Counted from the stretch's first letter, positions 10,212 to 21,464 are shown. The stretch is 64,000 nucleotides of DNA from an uncultured Clostridium sp. (GCA_948465565.1 CAOJXR010000008.1:778-64777), one strand, 5' to 3'. Numbers and translations: made by a program. The notes: generated by a model from the sequence alone, not told the origin.

Positions 10212-10721
10212 CTAAATTAATTCTAATATTACTTCTGGAGCATTATCTCCTCTTCTGTTTTCACATCTAAGGATTCTAGTGTATCCACCATTTCTTCCTT
10301 CATATTTAGAAGCTATTTCTCCAAATAATTTAGCCATTAAGTCAACATTTGATACTTTGTTAACTTTTCTCATTATTTTTCTTCTAGCATTTAATCTTGA
10401 TGGCATGTCTTTTTGTCTTTTTTCCATTTTTTCTTCTTTAACAACTTTTAAGTATTCTTTACCATTTTTGCTAGTAACTTTTTCTGTAACTTTATGTCCT
10501 TTGTTGTCTAATTTTGCTTTAACAACTTTAACTTCAACTTCTTCATAGTTATTTTTTTCTTTTATTGCTAATGCGATTATACTATCAACTATAGATTTTA
10601 CTTCTTTTGCTCTTGCTTCTGTTGTTGTAATTTTTCCGTTTAAAAGTAAGTCTGTAGTTTGAGTTTTAAGCATAGCTAATCTTTGATCAGTTGGTTTTCC
10701 AAGTTTTCTTGTACCTGACAC
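10212..10721 (-). CDS. rplQ: 50S ribosomal protein L17 with a roughly 50-aa Lys/Glu-rich internal insertion
   Basis: Conserved ends (RKLGKPTDQRLAML... and ...RNGGYTRILRCENRRGDNAPEVILELI) bracket an extra KNNYEEVEVKVV...EKRQKDM segment. Total is 169 aa. Confidence 0.93.
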   Translation of the reverse strand: MSGTRKLGKPTDQRLAMLKTQTTDLLLNGKITTTEARAKEVKSIVDSIIALAIKEKNNYEEVEVKVVKAKLDNKGHKVTEKVTSKNGKEYLKVVKEEKMEKRQKDMPSRLNARRKIMRKVNKVSNVDLMAKLFGEIASKYEGRNGGYTRILRCENRRGDNAPEVILELI

Positions 10722-10742
10722 TTTTAACTCACCTTCCTTTTA

Positions 10743-11690
10743 TTAGTCTTCATTTAGTGAAAATCCTAAACCTAAAGCAATAAGCTTATTTGTAACTTCA
10801 TCTAAAGATTTTTTACCTAGGTTTCTAACTTTCATCATATCTTCTTGTGATTTATTAGCTAAATCTTCTACTGTTGAGATTCCAGCTCTCTTTAAACAAT
10901 TGTAAGATCTAACTGATAATTCTAATTCTTCTATAGGCATTTCTAATACTTTTTCTTTTTTAGATTCTTCTTTTTCTACCATTACTTGAGTATTTTTTGC
11001 AGTTTCTGATAAGTCAATAAATAATTCTAAATGACCTGTCATAACTTTTGCAGCTAAACTCAAAGCTTCAAATGGTTTTAAACTTCCGTCTGTCCAAACT
11101 TCGATTGTTAACTTATCATAATCTACTCTTTGTCCAACTCTAGTATTTTCAACTTTATAATTAACTTTTTTTACTGGTGTAAATATTGAATCAATTGGTA
11201 ATGTACCTAACGCCATATCCTCTGTTTTATTTTTATCCGAAGTATTGTATCCACGACCTCTTGCTACTGTCATTTCCATGTGAAGTTTTTCACCTTCTTC
11301 AACTGTAGCTATATGTAATTCTGGATTTAAAATCTCAACACTACTATCAGTTATGATATCACCAGCTTTTACTTCTCCTGGTCCTTTGAAATCAATACTG
11401 ATATTCTTGTCTTCCATGTCATGCATTTTTAATCTAACGCATTTTAAGTTAACAATTATCTCTGGAACATCTTCTACAACACCTGGAACTGTAGAGAATT
11501 CATGTACTACTCCATCAATTTTAACACTTGTTATAGCTGCTCCTGGTAGTGATGATAATAAAATTCTTCTTAATGAATTTCCAATTGTCATTCCATAACC
11601 ACGTTCTAATGGTTCACATACAAACTTTGAATAATTTCTTTTTTCGTCTGTTTCTATGCATTCGATGTTTGGCTTTTCAAATTCTATCAT
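10743..11690 (-). CDS. rpoA: DNA-directed RNA polymerase subunit alpha
   Basis: 315 aa. [14 protein letters not shown] motif, a C-terminal domain with [16 protein letters not shown], and the expected operon position. Confidence 0.97.
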   Translation of the reverse strand: MIEFEKPNIECIETDEKRNYSKFVCEPLERGYGMTIGNSLRRILLSSLPGAAITSVKIDGVVHEFSTVPGVVEDVPEIIVNLKCVRLKMHDMEDKNISIDFKGPGEVKAGDIITDSSVEILNPELHIATVEEGEKLHMEMTVARGRGYNTSDKNKTEDMALGTLPIDSIFTPVKKVNYKVENTRVGQRVDYDKLTIEVWTDGSLKPFEALSLAAKVMTGHLELFIDLSETAKNTQVMVEKEESKKEKVLEMPIEELELSVRSYNCLKRAGISTVEDLANKSQEDMMKVRNLGKKSLDEVTNKLIALGLGFSLNED

Positions 11691-11792
11691 TTATTTACCT
11701 CCATTTTGAGAAACCCCGTGTTCCTCACTTTTCTTATATTTTCTATTATTAATTTTATTAAAATGAAAATAATGTCTTTTATTCTTATTTTA

Positions 11793-12419
11793 TTATTTAG
11801 AATAAAGCTCTACTATTAAGTGTTCCTCAACTGGTAAATCAATATCTTCTCTATTTGCTAATCTTACAACTTTACCAGACATTTTTTCTTTGTCTACTTC
11901 TAACCATTCTGGTAGTGGTCTTACACTATTAGCTTCAATATTCTCTTTAACAACAGGATTATCTTTTCTAACTTCTCTTATAGCAACAACATCTCCAGCT
12001 TTTACTAAGTATGAAGCTATATCAGTTTTTTTACCATTAACTTCAATATGTCCATGTGTTACTAATTGTCTAGCTTGAGCTCTTGAAGCTCCAAATCCTA
12101 GTCTGTAAACAACATTATCCAGTCTGCTTTCTAATATTTGTAACAAGTTTTCACCTGTAATTCCTTTTTTATTAGAAGCCATTTCAAAATATCCTCTAAA
12201 TTGTTTTTCACCAACACCATAAAATGATTTTGTTTTTTGTTTTTCTCTTAACTGAGTACCGTATTCAGAAAGTTTAGCTTTCTTTTGTCCGTGTTGTCCT
12301 GGTGCATAGTTTCTTCTAGTTACACTACATTTGTCTGAATAGCATCTGCAACCTTTTAAGAATAACTTTTGACCTTCTCTACGGCATATACGACATTGTT
12401 CGTCTTTATATCTAGCCAT
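11793..12419 (-). CDS. rpsD: 30S ribosomal protein S4 (Cys4 form)
   Basis: [16 protein letters not shown]...CRCYSDKC N-terminus and an S4 domain. Confidence 0.97.
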   Translation of the reverse strand: MARYKDEQCRICRREGQKLFLKGCRCYSDKCSVTRRNYAPGQHGQKKAKLSEYGTQLREKQKTKSFYGVGEKQFRGYFEMASNKKGITGENLLQILESRLDNVVYRLGFGASRAQARQLVTHGHIEVNGKKTDIASYLVKAGDVVAIREVRKDNPVVKENIEANSVRPLPEWLEVDKEKMSGKVVRLANREDIDLPVEEHLIVELYSK

Positions 12420-12520
12420 TTCTATTTATCTCCTCTCTTCGATTTCGTTTACAAATTCTAATCCAAACCTAACTGTGTCAAATTTGTTTATAATTTGTAA
12501 TAAATATAATTTCTTCAAAA

Positions 12521-12919
12521 TTAAACTCTTCTTCTTTTTGGTGGTCTACAACCATTGTGTGGTATTGGAGTTACATCTTTAATCATTGTAATTTCCAAAC
12601 CAGCTGTTTGTAAAGCTCTTATTGCAGCTTCTCTACCTGAACCTGGACCTTTAACATATACTTCTACAGTTTTTAATCCGTGTTCCATTGCTGTTTTTGA
12701 AGCAGTTTCTGCTGCTTGACCAGCTGCAAATGGTGTGCTTTTTCTTGAACCTTTAAATCCAAGTCCACCAGCACTTGCCCAAGATATAACATTACCTTGA
12801 ACGTCTGTTATTGTAACGATTGTATTATTAAAGCTAGAATGAATATGAGCTGCACCATTTTCGATGTTTTTTCTATCTCTTCTTCTAGTTACTGTTTTTT
12901 TAGTTACATTTTTAGCCAT
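12521..12919 (-). CDS. rpsK: 30S ribosomal protein S11
   Basis: [18 protein letters not shown] and the C-terminal [13 protein letters not shown]. Start set to the ATG at 12919, downstream of a GGAGG RBS. Confidence 0.96.
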   Translation of the reverse strand: MAKNVTKKTVTRRRDRKNIENGAAHIHSSFNNTIVTITDVQGNVISWASAGGLGFKGSRKSTPFAAGQAAETASKTAMEHGLKTVEVYVKGPGSGREAAIRALQTAGLEITMIKDVTPIPHNGCRPPKRRRV

Positions 12920-12963
12920 TTCTTGCTTTCCTCCTTTTAAATTCAAAAAATTAAGCTATTTAT

Positions 12964-13335
12964 CTAGTTTGCTTTTTTGCTTTTACTAACTACTTTTCTA
13001 GGACCTTTTCTAGTTCTAGCATTAGTTTTTGTTCTTTGACCTCTAACTGGTAAACCACGTCTATGTCTTAATCCTCTGTAGCATCCGATTTCAGTTAATC
13101 TTTTGATGTTTAATGCTATTTCTCTACGTAAGTCACCTTCAACTTTGTAGCCTTCCATAGCTTTTCTTATTTTGTTAACATCATCATCTGATAAGTCTTT
13201 TACTCTTGCATCTGGATTTATTCCAGCTTCTTTTAAGATTTTTTGAGAGCTAGAAAGACCAATACCATATACATATGTAAGACCAATTTCTACTCTTTTT
13301 TCTCTAGGTAAATCAACTCCTGCTATACGAGCCAT
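12964..13335 (-). CDS. rpsM: 30S ribosomal protein S13
   Basis: [26 protein letters not shown]. Start at 13335 follows a GGAGGTG RBS. Confidence 0.96.
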   Translation of the reverse strand: MARIAGVDLPREKRVEIGLTYVYGIGLSSSQKILKEAGINPDARVKDLSDDDVNKIRKAMEGYKVEGDLRREIALNIKRLTEIGCYRGLRHRRGLPVRGQRTKTNARTRKGPRKVVSKSKKAN

Positions 13336-13551
13336 AAATCTTTGCACCTCCAAAATTTTTTAAAATATTTCTTGGAAAATATTTTCCAAATGTTTAATAG
13401 TTTAATTAGTATAAATTGAAATGTAATTAAACTGGATTGTTTATTTATTTAAATAAAATATAAAAACAAAATCAGCCGCTAACTGTTTTTATATCTATTT
13501 ACAAAATTATATGGGCTATACTAATAGTAGTAGCCCTAATTGGTTATTTAA

Positions 13552-13665
13552 TTAACCTTGTCTTTGTTTATGTTTAGGATTTTCACAGATTACTCTGATT
13601 ACTCCTTTTCTTTTTATAACTTTACATTTTTCACACATTTTTTTAACTGATGGTCTAACTTTCAT
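13552..13665 (-). CDS. rpmJ: 50S ribosomal protein L36 (zinc-binding form)
   Basis: Not in the ORF track because it is under 60 aa. Hand translation gives [37 protein letters not shown], 37 aa. Confidence 0.93.
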   Translation of the reverse strand: MKVRPSVKKMCEKCKVIKRKGVIRVICENPKHKQRQG

Positions 13666-13789
13666 TTTTTTCACCTCTTGCTTTGTATATTTTATCTAAT
13701 AGAAATTTTGTAATTCCTATTAAGTGTTTGAACAATTTTGTTGTTCTTTATAAAAATATGTAGTTTTAGCTACATAAATGGGTTTCATA

Positions 13790-14008
13790 TTATTTTGCTC
13801 TCCAAGTAATACGTCCTTTAGTTAGGTCATATGGTGATAATTCTAATTTAACTTTATCACCTGGTAGAATTTTTATATAATTCATCCTAAGTTTTCCAGA
13901 TATATGTGCTAATACTTGATGTCCATTATCTAATTCTACTTTAAAATTTGTATTTGGTAATGTTTCTATAACAGTACCTTCTACTTCAATTACATCTTCT
14001 TTTGACAA
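13790..14008 (-). CDS. infA: translation initiation factor IF-1
   Basis: (L)[55 protein letters not shown] start at 14008 sits 7 nt after GGAGG and gives the canonical 72 aa. Confidence 0.93.
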   Translation of the reverse strand: MSKEDVIEVEGTVIETLPNTNFKVELDNGHQVLAHISGKLRMNYIKILPGDKVKLELSPYDLTKGRITWRAK

Positions 14009-14079
14009 TTTGTTTCCTCCAAAATTTATCATTTTTTCATAAACTTGTAAACAATAAGCTATTATAGTATATAGCAATT

Positions 14080-14853
14080 TTATAGTCTTGTCAATATTTC
14101 AGGCTCATTTTCTGTAATTAAAATTGTATTTTCATAATGAGCACTGTTGCTTCCATCTTCTGAACATATTGTCCAACCATCATCTAGTTCAATTATGTCT
14201 CTGTTTCCTGCTATTACCATAGGTTCTATGCATATTGTCATTCCTGGTTCTAGTCTCATTCCTCTTCCTGGCTTTCCGTAGTTTGGAATTCCTGGGTCTT
14301 CATGCATTTCTCTTCCTATTCCATGTCCTTGAAATTCTCTTAATATACTAAATCCATTTGCTGTAACATATTCATATATTGCATTTGAAATGTCTCCAAC
14401 TCTGTATCCTTTTTTAGCAAATTTCATTCCTTCAAAAAATGCTTGTTTTGTTACTTCAACTAGTTTTTGGTCTTCAACACTGTTTGGTTTCCCAACTATA
14501 TATGTTCTTGCTGCATCTCCATGGAATCCATTTTTATATGCTGTAATATCAAAGCTTACAACATCTCCTTCTTGTAGTATTGCATGTTTTGATGGTATTC
14601 CATGAATTACTTCATCATTTATTGAAGCACATATTGAACCTGGAAAATCAGGAACTCCTGGAACTCCGCTTGGATAATTTTTTTCTGACGGGATTCCTCC
14701 ATTTGCTCTTATAAATTTTTCTGCAATTTGGTCTAATTCATAGGTTGATATTCCTGGTCTTATTGCTTCTTTTATAACTTCATGTACTTGTGCTGTTAGT
14801 TTGCAGGCTTCTCTCATTTGTTCAATTTCTTTTTTTGATTTTATAGTAACCAC
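14080..14853 (-). CDS. map: type I methionine aminopeptidase
   Basis: 257 aa with metal-ligand context ([19 protein letters not shown]) and the expected operon position after adk. Confidence 0.95.
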   Translation of the reverse strand: MVTIKSKKEIEQMREACKLTAQVHEVIKEAIRPGISTYELDQIAEKFIRANGGIPSEKNYPSGVPGVPDFPGSICASINDEVIHGIPSKHAILQEGDVVSFDITAYKNGFHGDAARTYIVGKPNSVEDQKLVEVTKQAFFEGMKFAKKGYRVGDISNAIYEYVTANGFSILREFQGHGIGREMHEDPGIPNYGKPGRGMRLEPGMTICIEPMVIAGNRDIIELDDGWTICSEDGSNSAHYENTILITENEPEILTRL

Positions 14854-14883
14854 TTTCGTTTACCTCTACTCTACTTTAAATTA

Positions 14884-15552
14884 CTATTTATTTTTTATGT
14901 CTTTTAATATATCTTCTGCTACTTCTTTTCCCATTCTATTTATTGATATGCTTATTTCTTCTGTTCTTAATACTCCTTTATTTTTATAGTATTCAACTAA
15001 TGGGCTTGTTTTTTCTTCATATATTTCTAATCTTTTACGTATTGCTTCTGGGTCAGAGTCATCTGCTCTTTGTTTTACTGGTGCTCCACATATATCACAT
15101 ATTCCTTCAACTTTTGTTGGATGCATTTTTGTATTATATGTAGTTTTACAATCTGAGTTTGTGCAAACTCTTCTTGTTATCATTCTATCTATTATTTCTT
15201 CTCTTGGTGTTACCAAGTTTATTACTAAATCTACCTTTTTTCCTTCCTCAGCTAATATTTCATCTAGCTTTTCTGCTTGTGCAATTGTTCTTGGGAAACC
15301 GTCTAAAATTGCTCCTTCTTGTGCATCTTCTTGTTTAAGTCTGTTTTGAACCATAGGTACTGTTATTTTGTCTGGTACAAGGTTTCCTTTTGAAATATAC
15401 TTATCTGCTTCAATTCCTAATTCTGTTTTTTCGCTTATGTTTTTTCTAAAGATGTCTCCTGTTGAAATTTGTGGCCAATTTGTTTCTTTGCTTATTAGTC
15501 CTGCAACAGTTCCTTTTCCTGTTCCTTGTGCTCCTAACATCATAATTATCAT
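14884..15552 (-). CDS. adk: adenylate kinase (Cys-containing lid)
   Basis: P-loop GAQGTGKGT and a lid containing C..C...CDIC. The ATG at 15552 is 9 nt after AAGGAGA; the GTG at 15561 abuts the RBS. Confidence 0.94.
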   Translation of the reverse strand: MIIMMLGAQGTGKGTVAGLISKETNWPQISTGDIFRKNISEKTELGIEADKYISKGNLVPDKITVPMVQNRLKQEDAQEGAILDGFPRTIAQAEKLDEILAEEGKKVDLVINLVTPREEIIDRMITRRVCTNSDCKTTYNTKMHPTKVEGICDICGAPVKQRADDSDPEAIRKRLEIYEEKTSPLVEYYKNKGVLRTEEISISINRMGKEVAEDILKDIKNK

Positions 15553-15634
15553 ATTAAACACTCTCCTTTGTATATTATTTTCTAAATGCTTAATATTTTA
15601 AACACTTAGAAAGTAATATACATAGATAACCACA

Positions 15635-15747
15635 CCAAGAAGAAAATAATATCAAAAATTTCTCACTCTTTGCTGCCCTGCATTTTTCTTAGAAAAATAC
15701 TCCAAACTGCACGTTGCTTCTAAATTTTTATATTATTTTCTTCTTGG
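15635..15747. repeat. long inverted repeat (18 + 8 bp arms) in the secY-adk spacer
   Basis: CCAAGAAGAAAATAATAT(c)AAAAATTT at 15635-15661 pairs with AAATTTTTATATTATTTTCTTCTTGG at 15722-15747. The roughly 60-nt central segment is visibly richer in G+C. Confidence 0.8.
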
Positions 15748-15769
15748 CTATGATTTTCTCTATATTATA

Positions 15770-17095
15770 TTATTCTAAGAATCCTTTGTAGTGTCTTACT
15801 AACAATTGTGATTCTAATTGTTGTACTGTTTCTAGTGCAACACCTACAACGATTAATATTGATGTTCCTCCAAAAGCTAAGTCTAATGAAGTGAATCTCA
15901 TAAGCATTGGTAGTATTGCAATTACACTTAGGAAGAATGCTCCGAATAGTGTTAATTTGCTTAGTACTGAACCAATGTAATCGCTTGTTGGTTTTCCAGC
16001 TCTAATTCCTGGTATAAATCCACCGTTTTTCTTAATAGAGTTAGCAACTTCTGCTGGGTTGAATGTTGCATATGTATAGAAATATGTGAATCCCATAATT
16101 AATAATAAATATACAACTGCATTTGCTATAGCAAATCCTATTCCAACTCCTTGTGAAGTTGATGTTGCTATTGAGAATTGGTATAAACCAGCTAAAAATC
16201 CTTTACCACCAATTGATGCTGGTGAAAAGATTTGTATTAACATTGCTGGGAATGTCATAAATGATGAAGCGAATATTACTGGCATAACTCCTGCCATAAC
16301 TAGCTTCATAGGAATATGTGTGTTTTGTCCACCATACATTTTTCTTCCAACAACTTTTTTAGCATATTGTACTGGTATTTTTCTCTCAGCTTCTTGAACA
16401 AATACAACTCCTGCAACTAGTAGTATTGCTCCTATTATAACTGCTAAAGCAATCAATAGGTTTGTTGTCGTAAATGGTCTGAATGCTAAGTTAAATATAG
16501 TTAATGCTGCTGATGGTAAACCTGAAATAATACCTACAAATATTAACATAGATATTCCGTTTCCGATTCCTTTATTTGTGATTTGATCACCTAACCACAT
16601 TAGTATTGATGTTCCTGCTATTAGAGATAGTACGAATAATACTGCTGTTTTCATTCCTGGATTTATTATTATTCCAGAATAGCTCTTGCTATATGAAATG
16701 TATATACCAATTGCTTCAACTGCAGCTAATACTAATGTAAGTATCTTTGTGTAAAAATTTATTTTCTTTCTTCCTTCTTCGCCACCTTCTTTAGTTAATC
16801 TCTCTAAAGAAGGAATTATCATTGCTAATAATTGTATAATAATTGATGCTGTAATATATGGTGAGATTGACATAGCAAATATTGATAATCTTGAAAAAGC
16901 TCCTCCGGAAATTGTATTAACAAGTCCAGCTAAAGTGCCTGTTGCATTGTTTAGCTGACTTGCAAGTTCCTGTGAGTTAACTCCAGGAACTACTATGTAG
17001 CATCCTAATCTAAATACTACAATCAATAATAATGTTAATAGTAATTTTTTTCTAACTTCTGGTGTTTTTAAAGCATTTTTGATTGTTTTAAACAA
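15770..17095 (-). CDS. secY: preprotein translocase subunit SecY
   Basis: 441 aa, polytopic (about 10 TM), conserved operon position. Confidence 0.97.
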   Translation of the reverse strand: MFKTIKNALKTPEVRKKLLLTLLLIVVFRLGCYIVVPGVNSQELASQLNNATGTLAGLVNTISGGAFSRLSIFAMSISPYITASIIIQLLAMIIPSLERLTKEGGEEGRKKINFYTKILTLVLAAVEAIGIYISYSKSYSGIIINPGMKTAVLFVLSLIAGTSILMWLGDQITNKGIGNGISMLIFVGIISGLPSAALTIFNLAFRPFTTTNLLIALAVIIGAILLVAGVVFVQEAERKIPVQYAKKVVGRKMYGGQNTHIPMKLVMAGVMPVIFASSFMTFPAMLIQIFSPASIGGKGFLAGLYQFSIATSTSQGVGIGFAIANAVVYLLLIMGFTYFYTYATFNPAEVANSIKKNGGFIPGIRAGKPTSDYIGSVLSKLTLFGAFFLSVIAILPMLMRFTSLDLAFGGTSILIVVGVALETVQQLESQLLVRHYKGFLE

Positions 17096-17530
17096 TTATA
17101 CCACCTCTATCTTTCCACCTGCAGTTTCTATTTTTTCTGCAGCTGTTTTAGTAAATCTCTTAGCCTTAACATTAACAGCTTTTTCAATAGCTCCTGTACC
17201 AATAACAACTATACCATCATTGATTTTTCCTATGATACCTTCTGCTAATAGGCTCTCTGCAGTAACTTCTGTTGCTTCTGATTTATTTAACATTGTTAAA
17301 GTTACTTCTGTGTATTCTTTAGCATGTATATTCTTAAATCCTCTTTTTGGTAATCTTCTATATAAAGGTGTTTGGCCTCCTTCAAAACCTCTTCTAACTC
17401 CTCCACCAGATCTTGCTTTTTGACCTTTGTGTCCTCTTCCTGAAGTTTTTCCAAGTCCAGAACCTATACCACGTCCTACTCTAGTTCTTTTTTGTTTCTT
17501 TACTGCTGGTTTCAATTGTCCTAATTCCAT
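17096..17530 (-). CDS. rplO: 50S ribosomal protein L15
   Basis: Gly/Arg-rich N-terminus ([26 protein letters not shown]). The ATG at 17530 is 8 nt after AAGGAGG. Confidence 0.95.
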   Translation of the reverse strand: MELGQLKPAVKKQKRTRVGRGIGSGLGKTSGRGHKGQKARSGGGVRRGFEGGQTPLYRRLPKRGFKNIHAKEYTEVTLTMLNKSEATEVTAESLLAEGIIGKINDGIVVIGTGAIEKAVNVKAKRFTKTAAEKIETAGGKIEVV

Positions 17531-17617
17531 TTTTTGCACCTCCTTATTATGTTTTTTTATTTACTTTTTTATTTAATCATAATTTGATTTTTTTTGCTAG
17601 TCTTTTATAAAATATAA

Positions 17618-18106
17618 TTATAAAATTTCAGATACTTTTTTTCCTCTTTTTCTAGCAACTTCTTGAATTGTATTCATATTCTTTAAAGCTTCGATTGTAG
17701 CATAAACAACGTTTCTTGGATTATTTGTTCCAATAACCTTTGTTTTGATATCTCTATATCCAGCAAGTTCTAATACTGGTCTTACACTACCACCAGCGAT
17801 AACTCCAGAACCTTCAGCTCCTGGTTTTAATACAACTGTTGCAGCACCGAATTTTCCTATAAATTCATGAGGAATTGTTGTTCCAACGATAGGAACTTCT
17901 ACTAAGTTCTTTTTAGCTTCATCAATAGCTTTTTTGATTGCATCTGGAACTTCTGACGCTTTTCCGTTTCCAACACCAACGTGTCCTTGTTCATCTCCAA
18001 CAACTACTACTGCGCTAAATCTAAAAGTTCTACCACCTTTAACAACTTTAGCAACTCTGTTAATAGCTACTACTTTCTCTTTTAATTCTACAGATTTATC
18101 TTCCAT
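17618..18106 (-). CDS. rpsE: 30S ribosomal protein S5
   Basis: [27 protein letters not shown]. Confidence 0.97.
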   Translation of the reverse strand: MEDKSVELKEKVVAINRVAKVVKGGRTFRFSAVVVVGDEQGHVGVGNGKASEVPDAIKKAIDEAKKNLVEVPIVGTTIPHEFIGKFGAATVVLKPGAEGSGVIAGGSVRPVLELAGYRDIKTKVIGTNNPRNVVYATIEALKNMNTIQEVARKRGKKVSEIL

Positions 18107-18135
18107 GAAACTCTTTGTTTCTCCTTTCTTTTAAA

Positions 18136-18495
18136 TTAGAATTTAAGTCCACCTTCTCTTGCAGCTTCTGCTAATTCTTTAACTACACCATGATAAATGT
18201 ATCCACCTCTATCAAATACAACTGTAGTGATATTTTTTTCAGCAGCTTTTTTAGCAATTAAAGTTCCAACTTCTTTTGCAGCTTCTTTGTTAGCTTTTTT
18301 AGTTTTAACTTCTTTGTCAAGTGTTGATGCAGCAGTTAAAGTTACTTGCTTTTCATCATCTATTATTTGTGCATACAAGTTAGTGTTGCTTCTATATACA
18401 CATAATCTTGGACATTCAGCTGTTCCAGAAATTTTTGTACGAACTCTTTTATGTCTTCTTATTCTTTCTGCTTTTCTATCTGTTTTAGTGATCAT
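18136..18495 (-). CDS. rplR: 50S ribosomal protein L18
   Basis: [19 protein letters not shown]... to ...[26 protein letters not shown]. Start at 18495 follows AAGGAGA. Confidence 0.96.
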   Translation of the reverse strand: MITKTDRKAERIRRHKRVRTKISGTAECPRLCVYRSNTNLYAQIIDDEKQVTLTAASTLDKEVKTKKANKEAAKEVGTLIAKKAAEKNITTVVFDRGGYIYHGVVKELAEAAREGGLKF

Positions 18496-18649
18496 GATAA
18501 TCTCCTTTCTTCTTGGAACAAATGAAAAACTGCGTCTTACTGCGTTAAACTCATTCATCTTTCCTCGACGTACACAGGTACGCCTGCAAAATCTTCACTT
18601 GTTTGCCTTGTAATACTTGTTTTTGATTTGTTCGTCTATTTTCTACTTA

Positions 18650-19189
18650 TTATTTTTTACCTGCTTTACCTTCTTTACGTCTAATAACTTCTTCAGCGTA
18701 CTTAATACCTTTTCCTCTATAAACTTCAGGTGGTCTCTTTGTTCTGATAACTGCAGCTGTTTGACCAACTACTTCTTTATCAATTCCTCTAACTATTATT
18801 TCGTTTGGATTTGGTACATCAAAAGTTATTCCTTCTGGTTCTTCCATTTCTACTGGATGAGAATATCCTAATGTTAGAACTAACTTTTTACCTTGTTTTT
18901 GTGCTCTATATCCAACACCATTTACTTCTAATTTTCTTGTAAATTCTTCTTTAACTCCATGAATCATGTTGCTTATTAATGTTCTTGTTAAACCATGTAG
19001 ACTTCTATATTCTTTGTCATCATTTGGTCTTGCAACAGTAATAACATTGTTTTCAAGAGTTATTTTCATATCTTTATGAAATTCTTTCTCTAATGTTCCT
19101 TTTGGTCCTTTAACAGTTACTTTTTGGTCTTCAATTTTAACTTCAACACCGTCTGGAACTGTAATAGGTTTGTTTCCTATTCTTGACAT
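18650..19189 (-). CDS. rplF: 50S ribosomal protein L6
   Basis: [17 protein letters not shown], 179 aa. Confidence 0.97.
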   Translation of the reverse strand: MSRIGNKPITVPDGVEVKIEDQKVTVKGPKGTLEKEFHKDMKITLENNVITVARPNDDKEYRSLHGLTRTLISNMIHGVKEEFTRKLEVNGVGYRAQKQGKKLVLTLGYSHPVEMEEPEGITFDVPNPNEIIVRGIDKEVVGQTAAVIRTKRPPEVYRGKGIKYAEEVIRRKEGKAGKK

Positions 19190-19217
19190 TTGAGTTTTCC
19201 TCCTTCTTCAAATTTTA

Positions 19218-19616
19218 CTACCAAATATAAGCTAATACTTCTCCGCCTATACCTAATTCTCTAGCTTTTTTATCTGTAACAATTCCTTTTGATGTAGATA
19301 TTAAAGCTGTTCCTAAACCGTTTAATACTTGTGGTAATTCGTCTTTAGAAGCATATATTCTTAATCCTGGTCTAGATATTCTTCTTAATCCAGAAATTAC
19401 TTTATTACCTTTTTCATCATATTTTAAAGTAATTCTTATAATTCCTTGGTTTTCGTTTTTGATTTCTTCAAAAGCTTTAATATAACCTTCATCCAATAAA
19501 TTTTGAGCTATAGCTAATTTCATATTTGATGCTGGTACATCAACTGTTTTGAATTTATTTCTATTTGCATTTCTTATTCTTGTTAACATATCTGCTATTG
19601 GGTCTGTTGTGTTCAT
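19218..19616 (-). CDS. rpsH: 30S ribosomal protein S8
   Basis: [13 protein letters not shown] motif, 132 aa. Confidence 0.97.
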   Translation of the reverse strand: MNTTDPIADMLTRIRNANRNKFKTVDVPASNMKLAIAQNLLDEGYIKAFEEIKNENQGIIRITLKYDEKGNKVISGLRRISRPGLRIYASKDELPQVLNGLGTALISTSKGIVTDKKARELGIGGEVLAYIW

Positions 19617-19653
19617 TTACTTACCCTCCTTCTTAATAATATTTTATTTAAAC

Positions 19654-19839
19654 TTACCAACTAGCTTTCTTTACACCTGGGATTTCACCTTTGTGTGCTA
19701 ATTCTCTAAAGCAAACACGGCAAATTCCAAATTTTCTGATGTAACTGTGTGGTCTTCCACAAATCTTACATCTGTTGTATTCTCTAGTTTTGTATTTTTG
19801 TTCTCTGGCACACTTTACTTTTAATGATTTTTTAGCCAT
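19654..19839 (-). CDS. rpsN: 30S ribosomal protein S14 type Z (zinc form)
   Basis: 61 aa with CKICGRP...CRVC. Confidence 0.96.
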   Translation of the reverse strand: MAKKSLKVKCAREQKYKTREYNRCKICGRPHSYIRKFGICRVCFRELAHKGEIPGVKKASW

Positions 19840-19864
19840 CCTTATTCTCCTTCCATCTATTTAC

Positions 19865-20404
19865 TTAGTTCTTAAAAGGCATTCCTAATAAAGATAATAA
19901 TTCTTTTGCTTCAGCGTCTGTTTTAGCTGTTGTAACAAATATAATATCCATACCTCTTATTTTATCGATTTTATCGTATTCGATTTCTGGGAATATTAAT
20001 TGCTCTTTAACACCTATAGAGTAGTTTCCTCTACCATCAAATGAATTTGCTGATACTCCTCTGAAATCTCTAACTCTAGGTAATGCTGCATTAAAGAATT
20101 TGTATGCAAAATCATACATTTTTCCAGCTCTTAATGTAACTTTGCATCCTATTTTTGCACCTTCTCTTAATTTAAAAGCTGCGATTGATTTTTTTGCTTT
20201 TGTTATAACTGGTTTTTGACCTGTTATAATGCTTAAATCATTTATTGCATTATCTAATGCTTTTGGGTTATCTTTTGTATCTCCTAACCCAATATTAATT
20301 ACTATTTTTTCTAGTTTTGGAACTTGCATTACTGATTTATATTCAAATTTTTTCATCATTGCAGGTATAACTTCATTTTTATAAGTTTCTTTTAATTGTT
20401 CCAT
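19865..20404 (-). CDS. rplE: 50S ribosomal protein L5
   Basis: 179 aa. [15 protein letters not shown] and [20 protein letters not shown]. Confidence 0.97.
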   Translation of the reverse strand: MEQLKETYKNEVIPAMMKKFEYKSVMQVPKLEKIVINIGLGDTKDNPKALDNAINDLSIITGQKPVITKAKKSIAAFKLREGAKIGCKVTLRAGKMYDFAYKFFNAALPRVRDFRGVSANSFDGRGNYSIGVKEQLIFPEIEYDKIDKIRGMDIIFVTTAKTDAEAKELLSLLGMPFKN

Positions 20405-20429
20405 TTGGACTTAAATCCTCCTTTCATTT

Positions 20430-20738
20430 CTATTTTATTTTTGCACCGCATTTTTTACAAACACGAACTTTTTCATCTTTTTCAATGCTGTATCCAATTT
20501 TTGTTGCTTTTCCGCATTTTGGACATACAACATTTGCTTTACTGCTATGTATAGCACATTCAGTTTGGATTATTCCGCCTTCTTCACCTTGTTTTCTTGG
20601 TTTAACGTGTTTTTTTCTAACGTTTACGCCTTTAACAATTATTTTCTCTGTCTTAGGTATTACAGCAAGAACTTCACCTTTTTTACCTTTATCATTTCCT
20701 GATAAGATTTCAACTGAGTCTCCTTTTTTGATTCTCAT
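20430..20738 (-). CDS. rplX: 50S ribosomal protein L24 (C-terminal CxxC...CxxC variant)
   Basis: KOW N-terminus MRIKKGDSVEILSGNDKGKKGEV. The C-terminus contains CPKCGK...CKKCG. Confidence 0.95.
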   Translation of the reverse strand: MRIKKGDSVEILSGNDKGKKGEVLAVIPKTEKIIVKGVNVRKKHVKPRKQGEEGGIIQTECAIHSSKANVVCPKCGKATKIGYSIEKDEKVRVCKKCGAKIK

Positions 20739-20780
20739 TATTTATTTCACCTCTTTGCTTAAGATTCTTTTTTCTATTTA

Positions 20781-21149
20781 CTATAAAACTTCTGGTGCTA
20801 AAGATAGTATTTTCATATATTCTTTTTCTCTTAGCTCTCTTGCTACTGGTCCAAATATACGAGTTCCTTTTGGAGTACCATCTTCACGAATAATTACAGC
20901 TGCATTTTCGTCAAATTTAACATAAGAACCATCTGCTCTTCTTGCACCTTTTTTAGTTCTTACAACAACTGCTCTAACAACTTCACCTTTTTTTACAACA
21001 CCACCTGGTGTAGCACTTTTAACTGAAGCAATTATTACATCACCTATTTCAGCATATTTTCTATATGAACCACCTAAACATCTGATACACATAATCTCTT
21101 TTGCACCAGTGTTATCAGCTACTTTTAATTTTGTTTGTTGCTGTACCAT
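20781..21149 (-). CDS. rplN: 50S ribosomal protein L14
   Basis: [22 protein letters not shown], 122 aa. Confidence 0.97.
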   Translation of the reverse strand: MVQQQTKLKVADNTGAKEIMCIRCLGGSYRKYAEIGDVIIASVKSATPGGVVKKGEVVRAVVVRTKKGARRADGSYVKFDENAAVIIREDGTPKGTRIFGPVARELREKEYMKILSLAPEVL

Positions 21150-21180
21150 GATTTGCTTATCCTCCTTTACAAATTACAAT

Positions 21181-21444
21181 TTATTTTACTATTGCTTTTT
21201 CCATAACTTCAACTAAACGCCATCTCTTATCTTTTGATAATGGTCTTGTTTCCATTACTTTTACTTTATCTCCAATTTGACATACATTTTCTTCATCATG
21301 AGCTTTTAGTTTGTATGTTCTTTTTACTATTTTCTTGTATATAGGATGTCTAACAGCTGTTTCAACTTTAACAACTATTGTTTTATCCATTTTATTAGAT
21401 TCAACTATTCCTATTAATGTTTTACGAAGATTTCTTTCTGACAT
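21181..21444 (-). CDS. rpsQ: 30S ribosomal protein S17
   Basis: 87 aa, OB-fold consensus ([30 protein letters not shown]). Confidence 0.96.
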   Translation of the reverse strand: MSERNLRKTLIGIVESNKMDKTIVVKVETAVRHPIYKKIVKRTYKLKAHDEENVCQIGDKVKVMETRPLSKDKRWRLVEVMEKAIVK

Positions 21445-21464
21445 AATTTTGGATTTCTCCTTTC

